Shown piece after piece: positions 37,571-52,005 of a stretch of 64,000 bases of DNA. Every line of letters starts with the position of its first letter. The stretch's first letter is position 1. The DNA is from the human T2T-CHM13v2.0 reference genome, Homo sapiens: NCBI RefSeq assembly GCF_009914755.1, contig NC_060937.1. The stretch is one strand, 5' to 3'. Position numbers and translations under genes: made by a program. The notes under the pieces are model-generated. The model saw nothing but the letters and a program-made list of their open reading frames with translations, did no database searches and was not told the origin of the DNA.

Positions 37571-37669
37571 ATGAAGATACCAGGGAAGATACCAAATAAA
37601 ACACTCAGTGTAGAATCATTACATCTCATTAAAAACACAATATGATTTTAGGTAGTGTCAAGTGCTTAC

Positions 37670-37731
37670 CTGCAGGGCTAGATGAATGCACTAGCAATTT
37701 CATTCTTCTTCCTGTTTCAAGTATTTGTATT
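37670..37731 (-). other. Candidate exon (62 nt)
   Basis: Acceptor aattattgttacag|AAT; strong donor CAG|gtaagc. Confidence 0.4.
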
Positions 37732-37930
37732 CTGTAACAATAATTCCCAAAGTTGTTTAGAATTTGTTTTATATATAAATCAGTTCAAGGCTCTCCACCA
37801 GTGCAGAGCCTTCATTTCTAAGCTCTTTATTTAATTTCATCTCTAGGTTTTTTGTCATCAAGGAATTTGCTGAAGAGGGCTCACACTGTATTTCATGGGA
37901 AAGCCTGAAAGTTTCCTAAATCTTTGAAAG

Positions 37931-38114
37931 CAGGGCTGACTTTGTTAGTGTGCAGCCCATGCAGCAACACAGAATCTTGCGCTGAGACAAGAAGTACCCC
38001 ATGCTTGGGCTAATTCATGTTCTGCTGTCATCATTTTGAAATTCTTAATATATTTTGTATCTAGGGGTACCTTGTTTTCATTTTGCTTTGGGCCCCACTA
38101 TGTAGCTGGTTTTG
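37931..38114. mobile_element. MER53-like hAT MITE
   Basis: CAGGGCTGACTT...TTGAAATTCTTAATA...GGGCCCCAC...TGTAGCTGGT resembles recalled MER53. Confidence 0.7.
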
Positions 38115-40199
38115 ATGGAAAGACATTTGTTCTGACACGGTAGCTCTCAGTCACTCTCTCCTTCAGAACATAGTAGCAAATGCCTTCTAATAATTGACAT
38201 CACCATAGAGAAGTTGGAGGTCTGCCTAATGGCTTTCCCTATTTAGGCTATTTGATATTGAAGCCTGGATGCCTGAAGAAATCCTTTTTTACCTTTGAAG
38301 CGCAACCACTAAACCAGAATATTTCTCTGTGTTAAGCCTCCTACATTGCAGAGTTTGGGGACCACAGTGTGCCCCTGCTTCAATCTGCAGATTTGTTTCA
38401 GGGAATTATTCTTGTGTAATATATTTAGGTATTTTTTTCCGACAGTTGAGAGGCCGACCCACACCTCCGTATGTTCTTGATTAAGCTGCTCTCCCTTTAG
38501 ACCTCAAACTTCTATCCACAACAGCCAAGGAGAGGCTCAAACCCTCTCCCTCCAGGAGCAAGGAGAGAAGTCTCTTGAAAAAGCAAAATGAAACCCTGAC
38601 CCCAAATCCCTCTCCAACTAATTTATGGTAAAATTCCTTGAAAAAGCTGTCTATTATTACTGATCCCAGCTTTGGAGCGGTGGTGGCTTCCTGCTGCTGC
38701 TAATCTCTTGGCTCAACAAAACCCATCTGTCATTGCAACTCTTCTCTCACACGTGGAACCAATTTCTTGCGCTCTATCCCCCCAACCCTGTGTTAAATAG
38801 TTAAAGTGGTTTTCCTTTCTTTGGGTGACTCCTGACTGATGGACATGTAGGAGACTATTTTAGTAACAGCCATTAGATTGTGTTTATTATTCTTATTGTT
38901 TAAATACTGTATATCTTTTCTGATTTTTTTTTTTTTGTCTGCCTGGTCTATCAGTTGCTCGAGAGCTGAAGTTTCCCATCGTATTGACAGTTTTGCCAAC
39001 TTTTCCTTATAGATCTATAATTTAAAAAATATTTTACTATGGTTCATTAGTATATGCTATTCAAGGAATATAAGATTAAAATAGTTACATGTTTCAAGTT
39101 GGAGCTCAGATCAATTTCTGCTCAAAGAATTGCATGAGCCTTTCCAGGCTTCAGTGGCCCGAAGGCTCCAGTGGGGAAAAGTGTGGTTTTAGTCTGCACA
39201 TTTCTTTTCTGTGTGTAATATTTTTCTTTCTCTGGTTTCTACACCCTTCTGATCCAGTCTGCTTTTTCTTCCAAACATTGCTCAAAGTTTCTGGTTCTCT
39301 ACTTTTGCACTTTTCCCCAGAAAGGTGATGGATGTAGTCTTTCTCATTGTGTGTGTGTGTGTGTGTGTGTGTGTATTTGACACACACTTACAGATATTTC
39401 CATTTCAGTGGAATGAATAAAGCAACTTTATAGGCTTTTCCTTTCTGGGACTGTTTTTGTGGTATTGAAATCATCAGTTTAAAAGCATTTACTGCTAAAA
39501 TAATCAGGGCTTAACTTTGGAGAAGTAATTATTCGATAATGGTTTTAATTTTTTAATAGTTATTATTTCTATTGAGAGAAATAGAAGATTTCTATTCTTT
39601 CTCTCAAGTCATTTTGATAATATATCTATTCTATAAAAGTGAACTTTTATCAAGACTTTCAAATCTGCTAGCGTTATTTTATTCTAATTCTGATTTAATT
39701 TTTAAAATGTAAAACTCCTTAGTTTAATTTCTTTACGTATTCTTCTGCATAACTAAGGAGAGTCAGTGGCTTATTAACTTCATTGCCACTTTTATTCTTT
39801 TATAAATAAATAATTTTAAACTAAATTTTATAAAATATATTTTAAAATACAAGATGCATAAAGAAAAACTAACACCCCTCCCTCATTCTACCCTGTATTT
39901 CCCTGAGATCATCCTAACAGATTAGTGTTACTGCATTTCTCTCGTCTTCTGCAAGCCTGTGTGAACACAAGCACACACACACAGGTTTTTGTTGTTTGCT
40001 GTTTGCTTTTTGTACACTATACACATTATCCTTTAACTTCCAGTTTTCAATCTTGTGGTATATTGGGCACCCCTTCAAGTTAGGATGCGTAAATTTCCTT
40101 TACTCTTTTTAATAGCTGCATAGTATTCTATTGTGTGGACATATCCTAAAACATTCAATCTCTCTACTATTGAGGGTCATTAGAATTTCCATTTTTGAA

Positions 40200-40650
40200 A
40201 TTGGTGGAAATTATGTTAAGTGAAATAAACCAGGAACAGAAAGTTAAACACCACATGTTCTCACTCATATGTGGAAGCTAAAAAAAGTTGATCTCATAGA
40301 AATAAAAAGTGGAGCAGAGGATATGAGAGGCTGAGACTGATAGGAGGAAGGGAGGGACAGGGAGAGATTTGTTAAAGGATACAAAATTACAGCCAAATGG
40401 GAGGAATAGTTCTAGTGTTGTATAGCACTGCAGGACAACAATTTTAACAATAATATTATATTAGTAGTTACAAATAGCTAGGAGGAGGATATTGAATGTT
40501 CCTAAAACAAAAAAATGATAAATTTTTGAGATGATGGATATGTTAATTACTCTGGTCTCATTATTATCTATTACAGGCATCAAAACATCACTATGTACCT
40601 CACAAACATAAACAATTATTATTTGTCAATTAAAAAATAAAATTTAAAAA
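40200..40650 (+). mobile_element. L1M 3' end
   Basis: ATGTTCTCACTCATATGTGGAAGCTAAAAAAGTTGATCTCATAGAA motif and A-rich tail. Confidence 0.85.
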
Positions 40651-41816
40651 AGAATGTTTACTTTTGAATACTACAAGCAATTCTGCAATAGAGTTTTTTT
40701 TATGTGATTTTAAATCTATATTATAGATTCTCTCTAGAACATTCGTAGGAGTTCGCATTTTTCACATTAATATTTATTACCAGATTATTTTAGTAGCAAT
40801 TTAAACTTTCTCCAGCAGTGTAAAATAATGACCATTTCCTCATATCTCCTTCAGCAGTGAATAGTATCAGTAATTTTTAATTGGTACTAATCTTCTAAGT
40901 GGAAAGGTTATCTAAGTATTTTAATATGCAGTTATGGGGACACTAATGATATTGATCTTTTACAATATATTAGTACGATCCGTCACATTTCCTTCTTTAT
41001 CAATGCCCTGGTCACATCCATTCATTCCTTGGATTGTTTATATATTGTAGGCACTCTACGTTTGGCAGATTAACCCACCGTGTGGGTCATTTATTCATCT
41101 GATTTACAGCCATTGAGTGCCTACTACTTATCAGGCACTTTTGAAGGTAGGGAGTGCAGTGGTAAACAAAGCACAGTATATGTTCTCGTGAAGCCTACAT
41201 TCTACTGGGAGAGGCAAGGAACAAGTAATCTAAAGTCATATAATTTCAGGTAATGTCAAGCAGTGTGGGGAAACATCATGATAGATGGAAAATGACAGGG
41301 GTGAAGGGTTTCAAATATGGTTTGGGTAAACCTTAAAACACTTGAAAAAGTTTCCAAATGACATGAAGAAAAAGTCATGGTAAAACCTGAGGACGGTGTA
41401 TTCCAGGCAAAGGAAGTACACATGCTAAGAGACAAGCTTGACTTCTTTGGAGGACAGCAAGAAAGTCCATGTAGCTGGAATGCAGTGTTGAAAGTGAGCT
41501 TGCAGAGGAAAAGGCTGGGAGCTTGAGGAAAGCCAGGTCATTTAGGGACTTAGAGGCATGGGGAAGAGATTACGTTTTATTTTAAGTGAGATGGTATTAT
41601 ACTGGAGGCTTACAACTAGAGGGAAACCATGGTCTGATTTATGTTTTCTTTTGTTTTATCATATTGGTCATTTATGGAGAATAAAATGGAGGAAGTCAAG
41701 AGTGTGATGGGGAATGTAGTTACAAGGCCATTGTAGTAATCTAGGAGCAAGATTATCGCAGTTCAATGATGAGAACAGTGTAAGGAACAAGGACAAATGG
41801 GTGTCTAGGGAATGTA

Positions 41817-42112
<296 letters not shown>

Positions 42113-42248
42113 CTAGGGAATGTATTTTGAAAATAATGCAAAGCAGCTTTTTCAGTGGCTAGATGTAGAATGTGAGGTTTCAGCAGGAAGTAAGGGTGAT
42201 TCTCAGGTTTTTGGCTTAAACAAAAGCTTGGTGCTATTAATATTTACC

Positions 42249-42665
42249 TATCTTAGTTCATTTGTGTTGCTATCAAAGAATACATGAGGCTGGGTAATTT
42301 ATAAAGAAAAGAGGTTTATTTGGCTCGTGGTTCTGCAGGCTGTATAAGCACGGCCCCAGCATCTGCTTCTGGTGAGGCCTCAGGAGGCTTCTACTCATGG
42401 TGGAAAAGGAAGGGGAGCCTGCATGCAGGGATTGCATGGTGAGAGACAGGCAGAGGAGGTGCCAGGCCTTTTTCAACAACCAACAACCAGTTCCAATGGG
42501 AACTAAGAGCAAGAGCTCACTCATTATCACAAGGACAGCACAAGCTATTATGAAGGATCTGCCCCCAAGACCCAAATGCCTTCACTGGGCCCCTCCTCCA
42601 ACACCAGAGATCAATTTCAACATGAGACTTGGTGGAGCCAAATAAACCATAGCAAACCATAACAT
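42249..42665 (-). mobile_element. MST-family MaLR solo LTR
   Basis: GGCTGGGTAATTTATAAAGAAAAGAGGTTTATTTGGCTC...CAACATGAGA hallmarks. Confidence 0.85.
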
Positions 42666-43935
42666 TAGCAAAACAAGTATTGCCAGAGTGGGGATGGGGA
42701 ATCATTTTGAGAATGAAAATCAAAGGTCCTTGATTGGACATGTTGAGATAGAGATGCCTATTAAACAACCACAGGAAGGTGCTGGTTGGTGTTGGAAAGG
42801 TAAGTTTGGCTGTCAGGGAAGCAGTTCAGGTGATGTTAAATTGTGAATCTTCAGAGTGTAAGTGATCTTTGGTGGCATGGGATCCCATGGAATCACCAAG
42901 GGGGCATCTGGAAATATAAAAAGAGCTAAGAAATGAACTCTAGGGTACTCCAAAATTTAGAGGGAGAAGAGAGGAGTAAATTGGGCTGGAAAGCAGCAAT
43001 CAGTGAGTGAGGTAGAAAAGAAAGCATGAGAGTGTAGCATTGTAGATAAAATTCAAATACTTGGAGATATTTCAAGGATGATGGTGCAGTCAACTCTGTT
43101 AAATCCGATATCTGTTTAAAATATATTTTCTGGTCCACTGTTCATCTTCTGACTCTCTTTAGGATTTATTTCATAATAAGATTTTTTAATATTCAAAATT
43201 TTTTTTACTTTATGGTTTTTGAGTTTCCTAATCTGTGTAAGAAGTTCTTCTCCAGCCAAGGATATATAAATACATACTTTCTTCAAATATTTTTACTGAT
43301 TTTATTTTTACATGAAAATATTACATCATCATGGATATTTTTGTAGATTGTGTGAAATCGGGGTCTGGTTTCATTTCTTTTAGATGGAGAGCAAATTATG
43401 CTAGCACCAGCATTACAGTGTCTTTTCCTCAAGAAATTGAAATATGTCCTTTGTCATCTGTCAAATTTATACATTTTTCTGGATCTATTTCTGGATACTC
43501 TATTCCACTAAATGGTTTGCCCTGTTTATGATGACTCTAGGGTAACAATTATTATTAGCCCATCTTGGGTCAGGTGTCCATTCCTGGTCTAATCAACTCT
43601 GGCCAGGAAAAGTGGCATGATATGGCTTCACATCTCTCAGCTGTAGACACAAATGATCTGAGAAAAATGTGAGCAGAGCAGACAGATTGATCAGCATTTT
43701 CACATACTCCAGCAAAAATTTTCCTCTCATAAGTATGAAAGAGTGTAAGGACCGCCATATTTATAAAGTCTCTCTAAGTATCATTACAGATACAATATTT
43801 CCATTCATTTAATCATACAATTCTAGTCTCTGGTAACAATCAGTGAAAAACAGAAAATACTCATATATGTCAAACAATCCTTTAGTTTTTGTACCCTTTC
43901 AATCCTCTTTGGATTCTGAAATTTATTTTCAACCC

Positions 43936-44008
43936 ACAGATAATAAATAGTACATAAGATTTTGTGTTTTTACAGATAATAAATAGTACATAAGATTTTG
44001 TGGTTTTA
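43936..44008. repeat. 36-bp tandem duplication (2 copies)
   Basis: ACAGATAATAAATAGTACATAAGATTTTGTG repeated head to tail. Confidence 0.9.
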
Positions 44009-44065
44009 AACAGAAGTACCTTTTGAGATTACATTTCTATTAATTCCTTTTGTGTTGCTCTGTAG

Positions 44066-44256
44066 CTGATTCGTATTACCCCTGGAAAGCTAGTTTCGTG
44101 CCCTGGAGGAAATTCACCGTCACCACTACCAGTAAACCACAGGCAATTCTCTACCTTTCTTTAAGTGGGATGGAAAGAAATAATAAAATCATGCAAGATA
44201 AACTTACAGTTCAAAATCTAAATGGCGCTAAAACTAGCATGAAGTCACATGCATAA
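44066..44256 (+). other. Candidate exon with open frame (A)DSYYPWKASFVPWRKFTVTTTSKPQ...MKSHA*
   Basis: Strong acceptor ttccttttgtgttgctctgtag|C; frame matches ORF 44050..44256 and the phase of exon 19390-19542. Confidence 0.4.
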
Positions 44257-44321
44257 TTGAGCCGTAGTGTTGTTAAAATCATCACATATCCACATAAATT
44301 CAGGGTAGCACAGAAATAGGA

Positions 44322-44964
44322 CATAGTCAATCTTCATTATTCACAGATTCCATATTTGCTAATTTACCTACTTGCTAAAATGTATTCGTGACCCCAAAAT
44401 CAATACTTGCAGCTCTTTTCCAGTCATCTGTAGACATGCCCATAGGGGCAAAAATCCGAGTCTCTGGCTGCTCATGTGCCAGATGAGGTGGAAACCAGGC
44501 AACCCTACCTTCTAGCTTCAGCTCTCAGACAGCCAACAGGTGTCCTTGCACAGCCTGTGCAGTGCCTTTTTTTTTTTTTTTTTCATTTTTGTGCTTGCTG
44601 TTGGTGCTTTCACTCCTCAAAGTGGCCCTCAGAGCATATTGTGGAAGTGCCGTCCAGTGTTTCTGAGTACAGGAAGGCTGTGATATGCCTTCTGGAGAAA
44701 ATACATGTGTTAGATAGGACATGAGTTATAGGGCTGTTGGGTATAAGTTTAATGTTAATGAATTAATATATAGTAAATGGATGCCTTTAAACAAAAATGC
44801 AGATAAAATAAACTTACGTATTGATCAATGAATGAAAATGTTACCCAAGGCTCACAGGAACTTAACCCTGTGTTCTTCCTAGGAGCAATGATTCAATATT
44901 TGCTAAATCACTGTTTACAGCAACTTTCTAAAACATAGCTAATGTGAATAACAAGAATCAACTG
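44322..44964. mobile_element. MER82-like TcMar-Tigger element
   Basis: Inverted termini AGTCAATCTTCATTATTCACA / TGTGAATAACAAGAATCAACTG followed by TA. Confidence 0.75.
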
Positions 44965-47900
44965 TATTTCAGACAGGTGCACTTTTTGAGAACAAATGCT
45001 TGACGCTCAAACCATTTTTAGCAGTGTTCACACAAAATAGATAGAGTAAGATCCGGCTAGTTACTTTCTTTTAAAATCCCACACACAAAACCCAACTGAT
45101 GACCAAGTTGATGCTTTAATATTAGCTAAGAACCATTACTGCCTCCTTCTTACCGAGCCAATCCTGAAAGGAGAGTATTGGACTATTAGAGGCACATTTC
45201 CAGTGGAAACTGTAATAGCAGTTGTCTTAGAATTTGGAAGGTGTTAAAGACACCTTTTTATGTTTGTTTTTAATAGCCATTCAAAGTGGGTCTAGTTCAT
45301 GAATTATTCTACCATTGTATTGATGCTGAAAGTAAAGCACAGATCATCCAAAGAAATATTTTGAGATCCATTTTCTATTGAACAGGTGATACATTAAAAA
45401 CACACATAGCAAATAATCCAGGGAGTCAACACAGAACTAAAGTGATCACTTTTAGAATAGGAAGAGGATTGATATCTATGGTACCTTAACATTGCAATAA
45501 TAGTCATTATTAAGAACCTGAACCCAGCAATCTAAACTACTGAGTTTTCTTTCTAATGGATATGCCTCCCATTACTTTAGAAAGCATTTTATTAAAAAAA
45601 GAGGAAAAATGAGAGTGCCTCATTATTTCTCAAAATATAAATACAGCACTGACTGCAGATTAACTCTGAAGTGTTCCCAGGTCAGTTCAAAGGGTGGGTG
45701 CTCTCATGTATATGAGCATACACAGAAGTAACACTAATAATAAATTAAATGATACAAGAGATTACTTTCCAAGCTTTAAACACAAGCTAGGTTTTTGCTT
45801 TGTTTTCATACTTAGACTTTTTCTCTCTGCTATTATAACAATAAAATTCTCAGTTTAGATGTATCAGATGTATAGTCCACATTGACTATTAAACATAGAA
45901 GATGAGAATTTAATTACGACTACATCGATGGTCCTTCATAATCTTATCCCAGCCTTGAATCTCTTCACCACCCTTTGAACCTCCTTCAGTTGCTCTCACC
46001 TCCTGTCCCCTTTCTCTGTCTACCTCCCACAAGCCCTTACCCAAGTATTCTTTGAACTTCACATTGTCATTATCTTACCTGGGACTGTATCTTCCTTTTA
46101 TATTATCCTTCCAGTTCCCATCCATTTCCTAAAGCATTCCAAGAACCCATTGAAAATATGTCCTCTTTTTCCTGCCTACCAAATTGTACCTATAATTTGC
46201 CCCATCTATGTGGCATTTTAGAAAATAAATTTACACTTTACATGTATGTGCATGGTTGACATACCTGTAGTTATGTTATGTAAGGTATTTCTACCTCAGT
46301 AAGATTTTGCGGGCATAGGTCTCTTGTTATATTTTTATTCTGTTTTCCTGAGCACGTAAATTTTCAACAAGTTCCTGTGAGTTACATTGTATTTCTTAAT
46401 GGGTATAACTACAAACCAGGTATGGGAAAATCAGACTGAAGATTCAGGGAGATTTTCCAGGAGGAAGTTGGGAATAAGATAAAGGATTAAAGACAAAAAT
46501 AATTTTACCTAAATGAATGATATAATTCCTTTTATAATCATCTCTCCTAATTTTCCTACTTATACGCTACATGATAGCCAAGCTGCACACTTCCCCAAAT
46601 ATTGTTTCCTCCCTCCATGGGTTTTCACATAGTCACCGTGAGCTGGGCTCAGATCCCTGCTGCTCGATGTAAGAGCTGCATGACCTTAGACATGTAACTT
46701 AACCTCTCAAAGTCTCAGTTTCCTTATCTGAAAAACAGGGATAAAACTGATACCTATAGCATAGAATTTCTGTTAAGACTGATCGATATTCATAATGCAA
46801 AATACCCCATCCTTGCCATCTTTTAAGGCAGTGTTTATTAGATAATAGGCAACAACTCATTGCATTGGGAAATAAACTTTATGGGTCCCAACCAGAATTT
46901 TTTGTTAAGTGGAAATCAATAGAGTATAGTAGAGTAGAGTGGGACATAACAGAGCATATATCTCATAATATGGGAAGATATTGTTTTGTGAAATTTTTAT
47001 TCCAGATCTACATTAATGTGTGTTCTGCACTATGACACAAAATGTATTTCTCACTGAGGGTATAGGAATAAAAATGTTTGAAAAACACTTAGTTAACATT
47101 AGTTTCAATTGCATATCATTCATGAAGCTACTCCAGATTACATCACCCAGAAATGAACTCTCCTCTTCTGACCTTGCACTCTTTTTTTTATGCCACATTC
47201 TATATCATATTAGAGCTGTTTTTGTAAGTATCTCATTTTTATAGCAGAATCTCTTTGAGCATCTAGGGCATGCATTGTTCATCTCTGAATACTTGGCAGG
47301 GCTACTCTGAATACTCTTAGCATATTTGTTTGCACATTATAAATGCTAAGTGCATATTTTGTTAATAGATGACTAAGTTTCACCCATATTTAATTCTAGA
47401 GGTGACAAATTGACAAGGGATGCCTGAAAAATAATCTAGAGGCAAATGTGCGGGAATGTACTTCAATAGAAGAGAAAAAAAAACAATATCTACTTATTTG
47501 TTGCAATGAGGAATTCCTACCTACCAATATAAAACATTTTTGAAGTTTTCAAAAGATTTTGTTATTGGATAAAGCATTTCCCTCTTAACCTATAGAGGGC
47601 AGAACTTCTTAAACTGGGCTTTATGGATAAACTTTAAGAGTACATAAGCTCTGCAATTGTATGTAAAATCTGCTTATGCGTGTGTATATGCATATGCATG
47701 CGCACGCACGCGTGCACACGCACACACACACAGCCCCCCGGAGTGCAAGGGTTAAAAACTTTACATCCTCTAAGCAGATGTTCCATGATGTAAAAAACCA
47801 CAAATATGCCTGTGACACATCTCTTTTAGGAAAACCAAATTTTTCAACTTTCTGCATTTCCCCTAAGCCTCAACCCTCTTTCCTCTTATCTTAAAAACCA

Positions 47901-47994
47901 TCCAGCTAGGGTTAATAATCCAGTTTCTCTCCCTAGTCCAAAGGACACCCTCTGCTATGAAATTAGGCAGGGAGGGAGGCACTGTGACTCTTTC

Positions 47995-48850
47995 AGGCCA
48001 TTAGGAAATCATTTAGCCACTGATGTCCTATGGCCTGACCCCTTCAGTAATCTCCTATTGGCTTTCCACAGCAGTAAATCACCTGTTGGCCCAGCACCTG
48101 GCCGGTTTTGGGAATATGTGATCATCATGCTCATTCGCCCTCTCTGGAGCTACAGAAACCCGATGGGTGGTGCAGAATCTCACTATGGTTCCATTTGCTT
48201 TTGATCTTTCGGCTGGATAAGGCATGAGCAACAGGAAAGCAAGTACAACCGATGGCTATTTGGGACCTCCTACATAATGGGGCCCCTAGGCGGGGGGCAA
48301 GTATAGCAGCATCCAGAACAATTGGGAGGGGAGAGCATCCAGTATTTAAGTGGAATTTAATGTCTGCTCTTTGGTCTGCAGCTCTGACTTGGGATTCCCC
48401 CTACCAGCGGGGCTTCTTCCAGCATAAACAGGAGAATGGCTGGGCAGCAGTGATTAGGATGATGTAAACACTGTGGCTATTTAAACAGCTGCTTCCCTTC
48501 ACCTTGAAGCTCATCCTCTCTCCTTCATACTAATTTCCACCATTAAAACTGACCTTGCTCTCCAGAGATGAGATGCCAGAGCCTTGGGGAACCTGACCTA
48601 AGGTTTGAAACCCACGTAGAGATTTCCAGCCAGCCAAGAAGTATACAGACACCTTACTCTCTGATTGTTCCGGGGCAAAGTGTGCCACCTCTATATGGAA
48701 GTGTTCTGATTCCAACTCAGTAGTTCTCCAAACCTGCCCTTTGCCAGCCTACATGTCATCAGCTTGCAGGAAAGTAATCCAGGTTGGATGCTAACACAAG
48801 AAGGCTGGACTCTCCCAGCAGCAATTAGCTGGAGGAAGGGAAGCGTCATT
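47995..48850 (-). pseudogene. Candidate decayed coding exon F
   Basis: Acceptor tctatttctttcacctgccag|AAT (in-frame alternative at 48790); one frame has only 3 stops over about 218 codons (48790-48135); unique, GC-elevated; 3' end uncertain. Confidence 0.5.
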
Positions 48851-48966
48851 CTGGCAGGTGAAAGAAATAGATTCCTGGTTTTGTTTTTCTACTGCGTGAG
48901 ATCTAAAAGCTTGAAACATTCTTCTCTTCACATGCCCCTCCCCCTTGGCCTTAACTGACGACTTAC

Positions 48967-49508
48967 CTTCTGGGCAAACAGTTTCGTGGTGAAATCAAAT
49001 CACCAAAAACGTGACTCTTTTTGGAGGAGCGGATCTTAGGACAGCAGCGCTCTCCTTTGTCCCTTAGCCCCTGAAGGTGCCGTTTTCTATTCTTGGCTGA
49101 GTTTTTCTTTCCCCCCACTTACCATTATACTTCATACTGTTTGACTTTCAGCAGCCACAGCCTGGGGAACATCTGAACTTGGCTACCTTTCCTCTTTGCT
49201 GTCCATAATAACTCCCTTCCTTCTGGACGGGCAGGATATTAATTCTCCACATGGTTCCTGATGAATTGGAAACAGAACAGGCGGTATCCATTCGCCAGCG
49301 GACTCCCATTGACCCATAGTCAGTTTCCAGGGTAGAATTTGCCAGTAGTCTGAATTTTTCACACAAACAGGAAAGAAGGTTTCAAATTCCCATCTGTATC
49401 CACAACCCTCAGCAGAAAGAGGCGCAGTGGCTCTCTGCCCTCCTGATGGCCATTCCAGTCAGTAACCATGTAGTCTTGCGTGGTGAGCTCATCAAACTTC
49501 CTTCTGAC
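48967..49508 (-). pseudogene. Candidate decayed coding exon E (VRRKFDELTTQDYMVTDWNGHQEGREPLRLFLLRVVDTDGNLKPSFLFV*...)
   Basis: Acceptor ttaacaccaatatttctag|GTC; consensus donor AAG|gtaagt (alternative ATG|gtaagt, exon end 49123). Confidence 0.55.
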
Positions 49509-49832
49509 CTAGAAATATTGGTGTTAATGGTAAAATAATAAAGATATTTTGCAGACATTTCTTCCCATTTGCCTGCTCTTAGCACTCACTTCCAAAACAG
49601 GCCTGTTTAGACTTCTCTGGAGAGGTGGTTATCATGGATGCTTGGAATTTGGGAGTTCTGCATTCCTCTAACGCAGCTGCTCCCTTAGCTTCTATTCCTG
49701 CCTTGGTTGGAGTGAAGAGAGCCTCACTTGCTCACTCCTCCCTCCCCAGCCCTCAGCCTCACCAAAGGGTAAGCAGTCTCAGCACTCATTCCATCCTGTC
49801 CACTGCTCCACTTTACTTTAAGCGTCACAAGC

Positions 49833-50130
49833 AGCCAGGCACTTTGGCTCACACCTATATTCCCAGCACTTTGGGAGGCTGAGGTGGGAGGATCACTTGA
49901 GGCCAGGAGTTTGAGACCAGCCTGGGCAACATGGCAAGACCCCATCTCAACAAAAATATTTTAAAAAATAGCCAAGCATGGTGGTGCACACCTGTAGTCC
50001 TAGCTACTCAGGAGGCTGGGGCAGGAGGATACCTTAAGTCCAGGAGTTTGAGGTTGTGGTGAGCCATGATTATGCCACTGCGCTCCAGCCCAGACAACAC
50101 AGTGCACAATGAGACCTCTTAAAAAAACAA
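49833..50130 (+). mobile_element. AluJ-type element
   Basis: Diverged Alu dimer. Confidence 0.9.
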
Positions 50131-51687
50131 AAAGTACCACAAGGAGTCCAAAGACCTCCATGTGCTTTAACACATGAATTTCCATCCCATGAGATCCCCC
50201 AAATGACCCTATCACAGACCACCAGCCCCTCACTGTGCTCTTTCAATGAGCCACTCAGTAGCAAAACACTCTCTGTTCTCAATGCTTGTTCTAAAGGAGA
50301 CGTGGTTGCCTCTGAGGGCAATTTGCTCCCGGCAGCTTCTTGCTCTCAGCCCTGTTAGTCCCAGGTCTGGGCTTCTTCCTTTGCTTTCAGACCTTTCTCC
50401 CCTTTCATCATTGAAGCATTCAGTCTCCACTCCAGTTACTCTGCCTGATTAGGCTTACTTATACAATGACCCCAGCACCGTCCTCTGTCACAGAAAATTG
50501 TAGCTTCTGGCCCACTAGTTGTGTCCTGAAATAGTTCCTGCTGATTCAACAAAAATGACCATCCCAACTCTCCAACCTCTCAACTCTGTGGTCTCCTCTT
50601 CTCTAATGACCACTGGAGAAGAGGGCCGTTCTCCACCGGTACTCTGCCGTGTCTTGGCCTCCCACCCCGACAGTCACACCCTAGACCTGTGCATTAGTAA
50701 GTACTGCATGCACTGTGCATTAGTAAGTCCTGATCACAATTTCAGTCCCCTTGCTTTGACATCATCACCTCCCTTTTGCCAGATCACTCTCTCATGTACC
50801 CCAACTCCAAAAATTATCCTACCCCACCAGGATTTACAAACCAATGAGGCCTGGAGTTTTCACTTGCCTTACCCAACTTAGAGCCTATGGTTCACATTCA
50901 CAGTTACGTATTGCTCTGCATGTGCCCTTATCTTCTGTCTCCTTCCCTCCCTTTGCCATCATCTGGGAAAGCCCAGACCCTGGATTCATCCCACTTTCTG
51001 CCTTCTCCCTATCTCCACAGGAGCAGCTGGCTATGGCTGGAAAAAACATAAACCCACTTTGTCATGTCACTTTCTATTCATGATGTGAACTTTGAGTGTG
51101 TCTTTGTTTTTGGTTTATGTTCTCAACATGTTTGTGAGATTTACCCAGGCTTTGGGTGTAGCAGTAGTACATTCGTTGTTGTATAGTAGTCCATTAGATG
51201 AATATACCACTATTTTTCCATTTCACTACTCATGGACATTTGAGTTTTTACTGGTTATGAAGATTTTTGTAAATGCCTTTTTTTGGTATATGTGAAACCA
51301 TATATGAGTAGAATTCTGGGTCATAGAGTGTACCTCTGTTTAGCTTTTGTAGGTCTTACAGTACTAAAAAGCACTGTATCGATTAATACACCCATGAACA
51401 GTGTACAAGACTTCCTGCTGCTCCACATTTTTACCAACACTCGATAATGTCAGGTTATTCCATTATAGTCACTCTGTTAGGCATATAGTAGGATCATATT
51501 TTTAGTTTTAACTTACATTTTTCTGATAACTAATGATGCTGAATAACTTTTCATATGTTTATCGATCTTTTTGGTAAAGTGACTGTTCCAATCTTATGTC
51601 CATGTTTTGTTTGGGTTGTCTATGCGTTTCTTATCATGTAGAAGTGTTTTCAATATTCTGGATATGAGTTCCTAGTCATTGAAAATA

Positions 51688-52005
51688 CAATCATGCATCG
51701 CTCAACCATGAAGATATGTTGTGAGAAATGTGTCATTAGGTGATTTTGTCCTTGTGCGAACATGATAGAGGGTACTTACACACACCTAGATGGTATAGTC
51801 TACTACACACCTAGTCCATATGGTATAGCCTATTGTTTCTAGGCTATAGACCTGGGTAGCATGTTACTGTACTGAATGCTGTAGGCAATTATAACAGGAT
51901 GGTGAGTATTCATGTATCTAAACATATCTCAAGGTAGAAAAGATGTGGTACAAATACAATGTTATAATCTTATAAGATCACTGTTTTGTATGTGGACCCA
52001 GACTG
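51688..52005. mobile_element. Tigger3a/MER7-like element nested in an old L1
   Basis: TA|CAATCATGCATCGCTCAAC...GAGAAATGTGTCATTAGGTGATTTTGTC...GACTG. Confidence 0.75.

Noticed and set aside
43936-44008. 36-bp repeat as a CRISPR-like array
   Set aside because: Only two adjacent copies, no spacers, eukaryotic context.
45140-45260. Possible extra minus-strand exon ending at a CG|gtaaga donor
   Set aside because: No unambiguous acceptor or frame support.
48252-48467. Plus-strand ORFs over the unique blocks (also 53268..53534, 56843..57112, 63325..63519)
   Set aside because: The paired splice signals favour the minus strand; these are probably antisense shadows.
48530-48715. Naming the decayed gene (CMAH, GULO and UOX considered; HFHIEVAHFAP faintly ZU5-like)
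   Set aside because: No convincing match to sequences I recall, and the ZU5 resemblance is too short to support.
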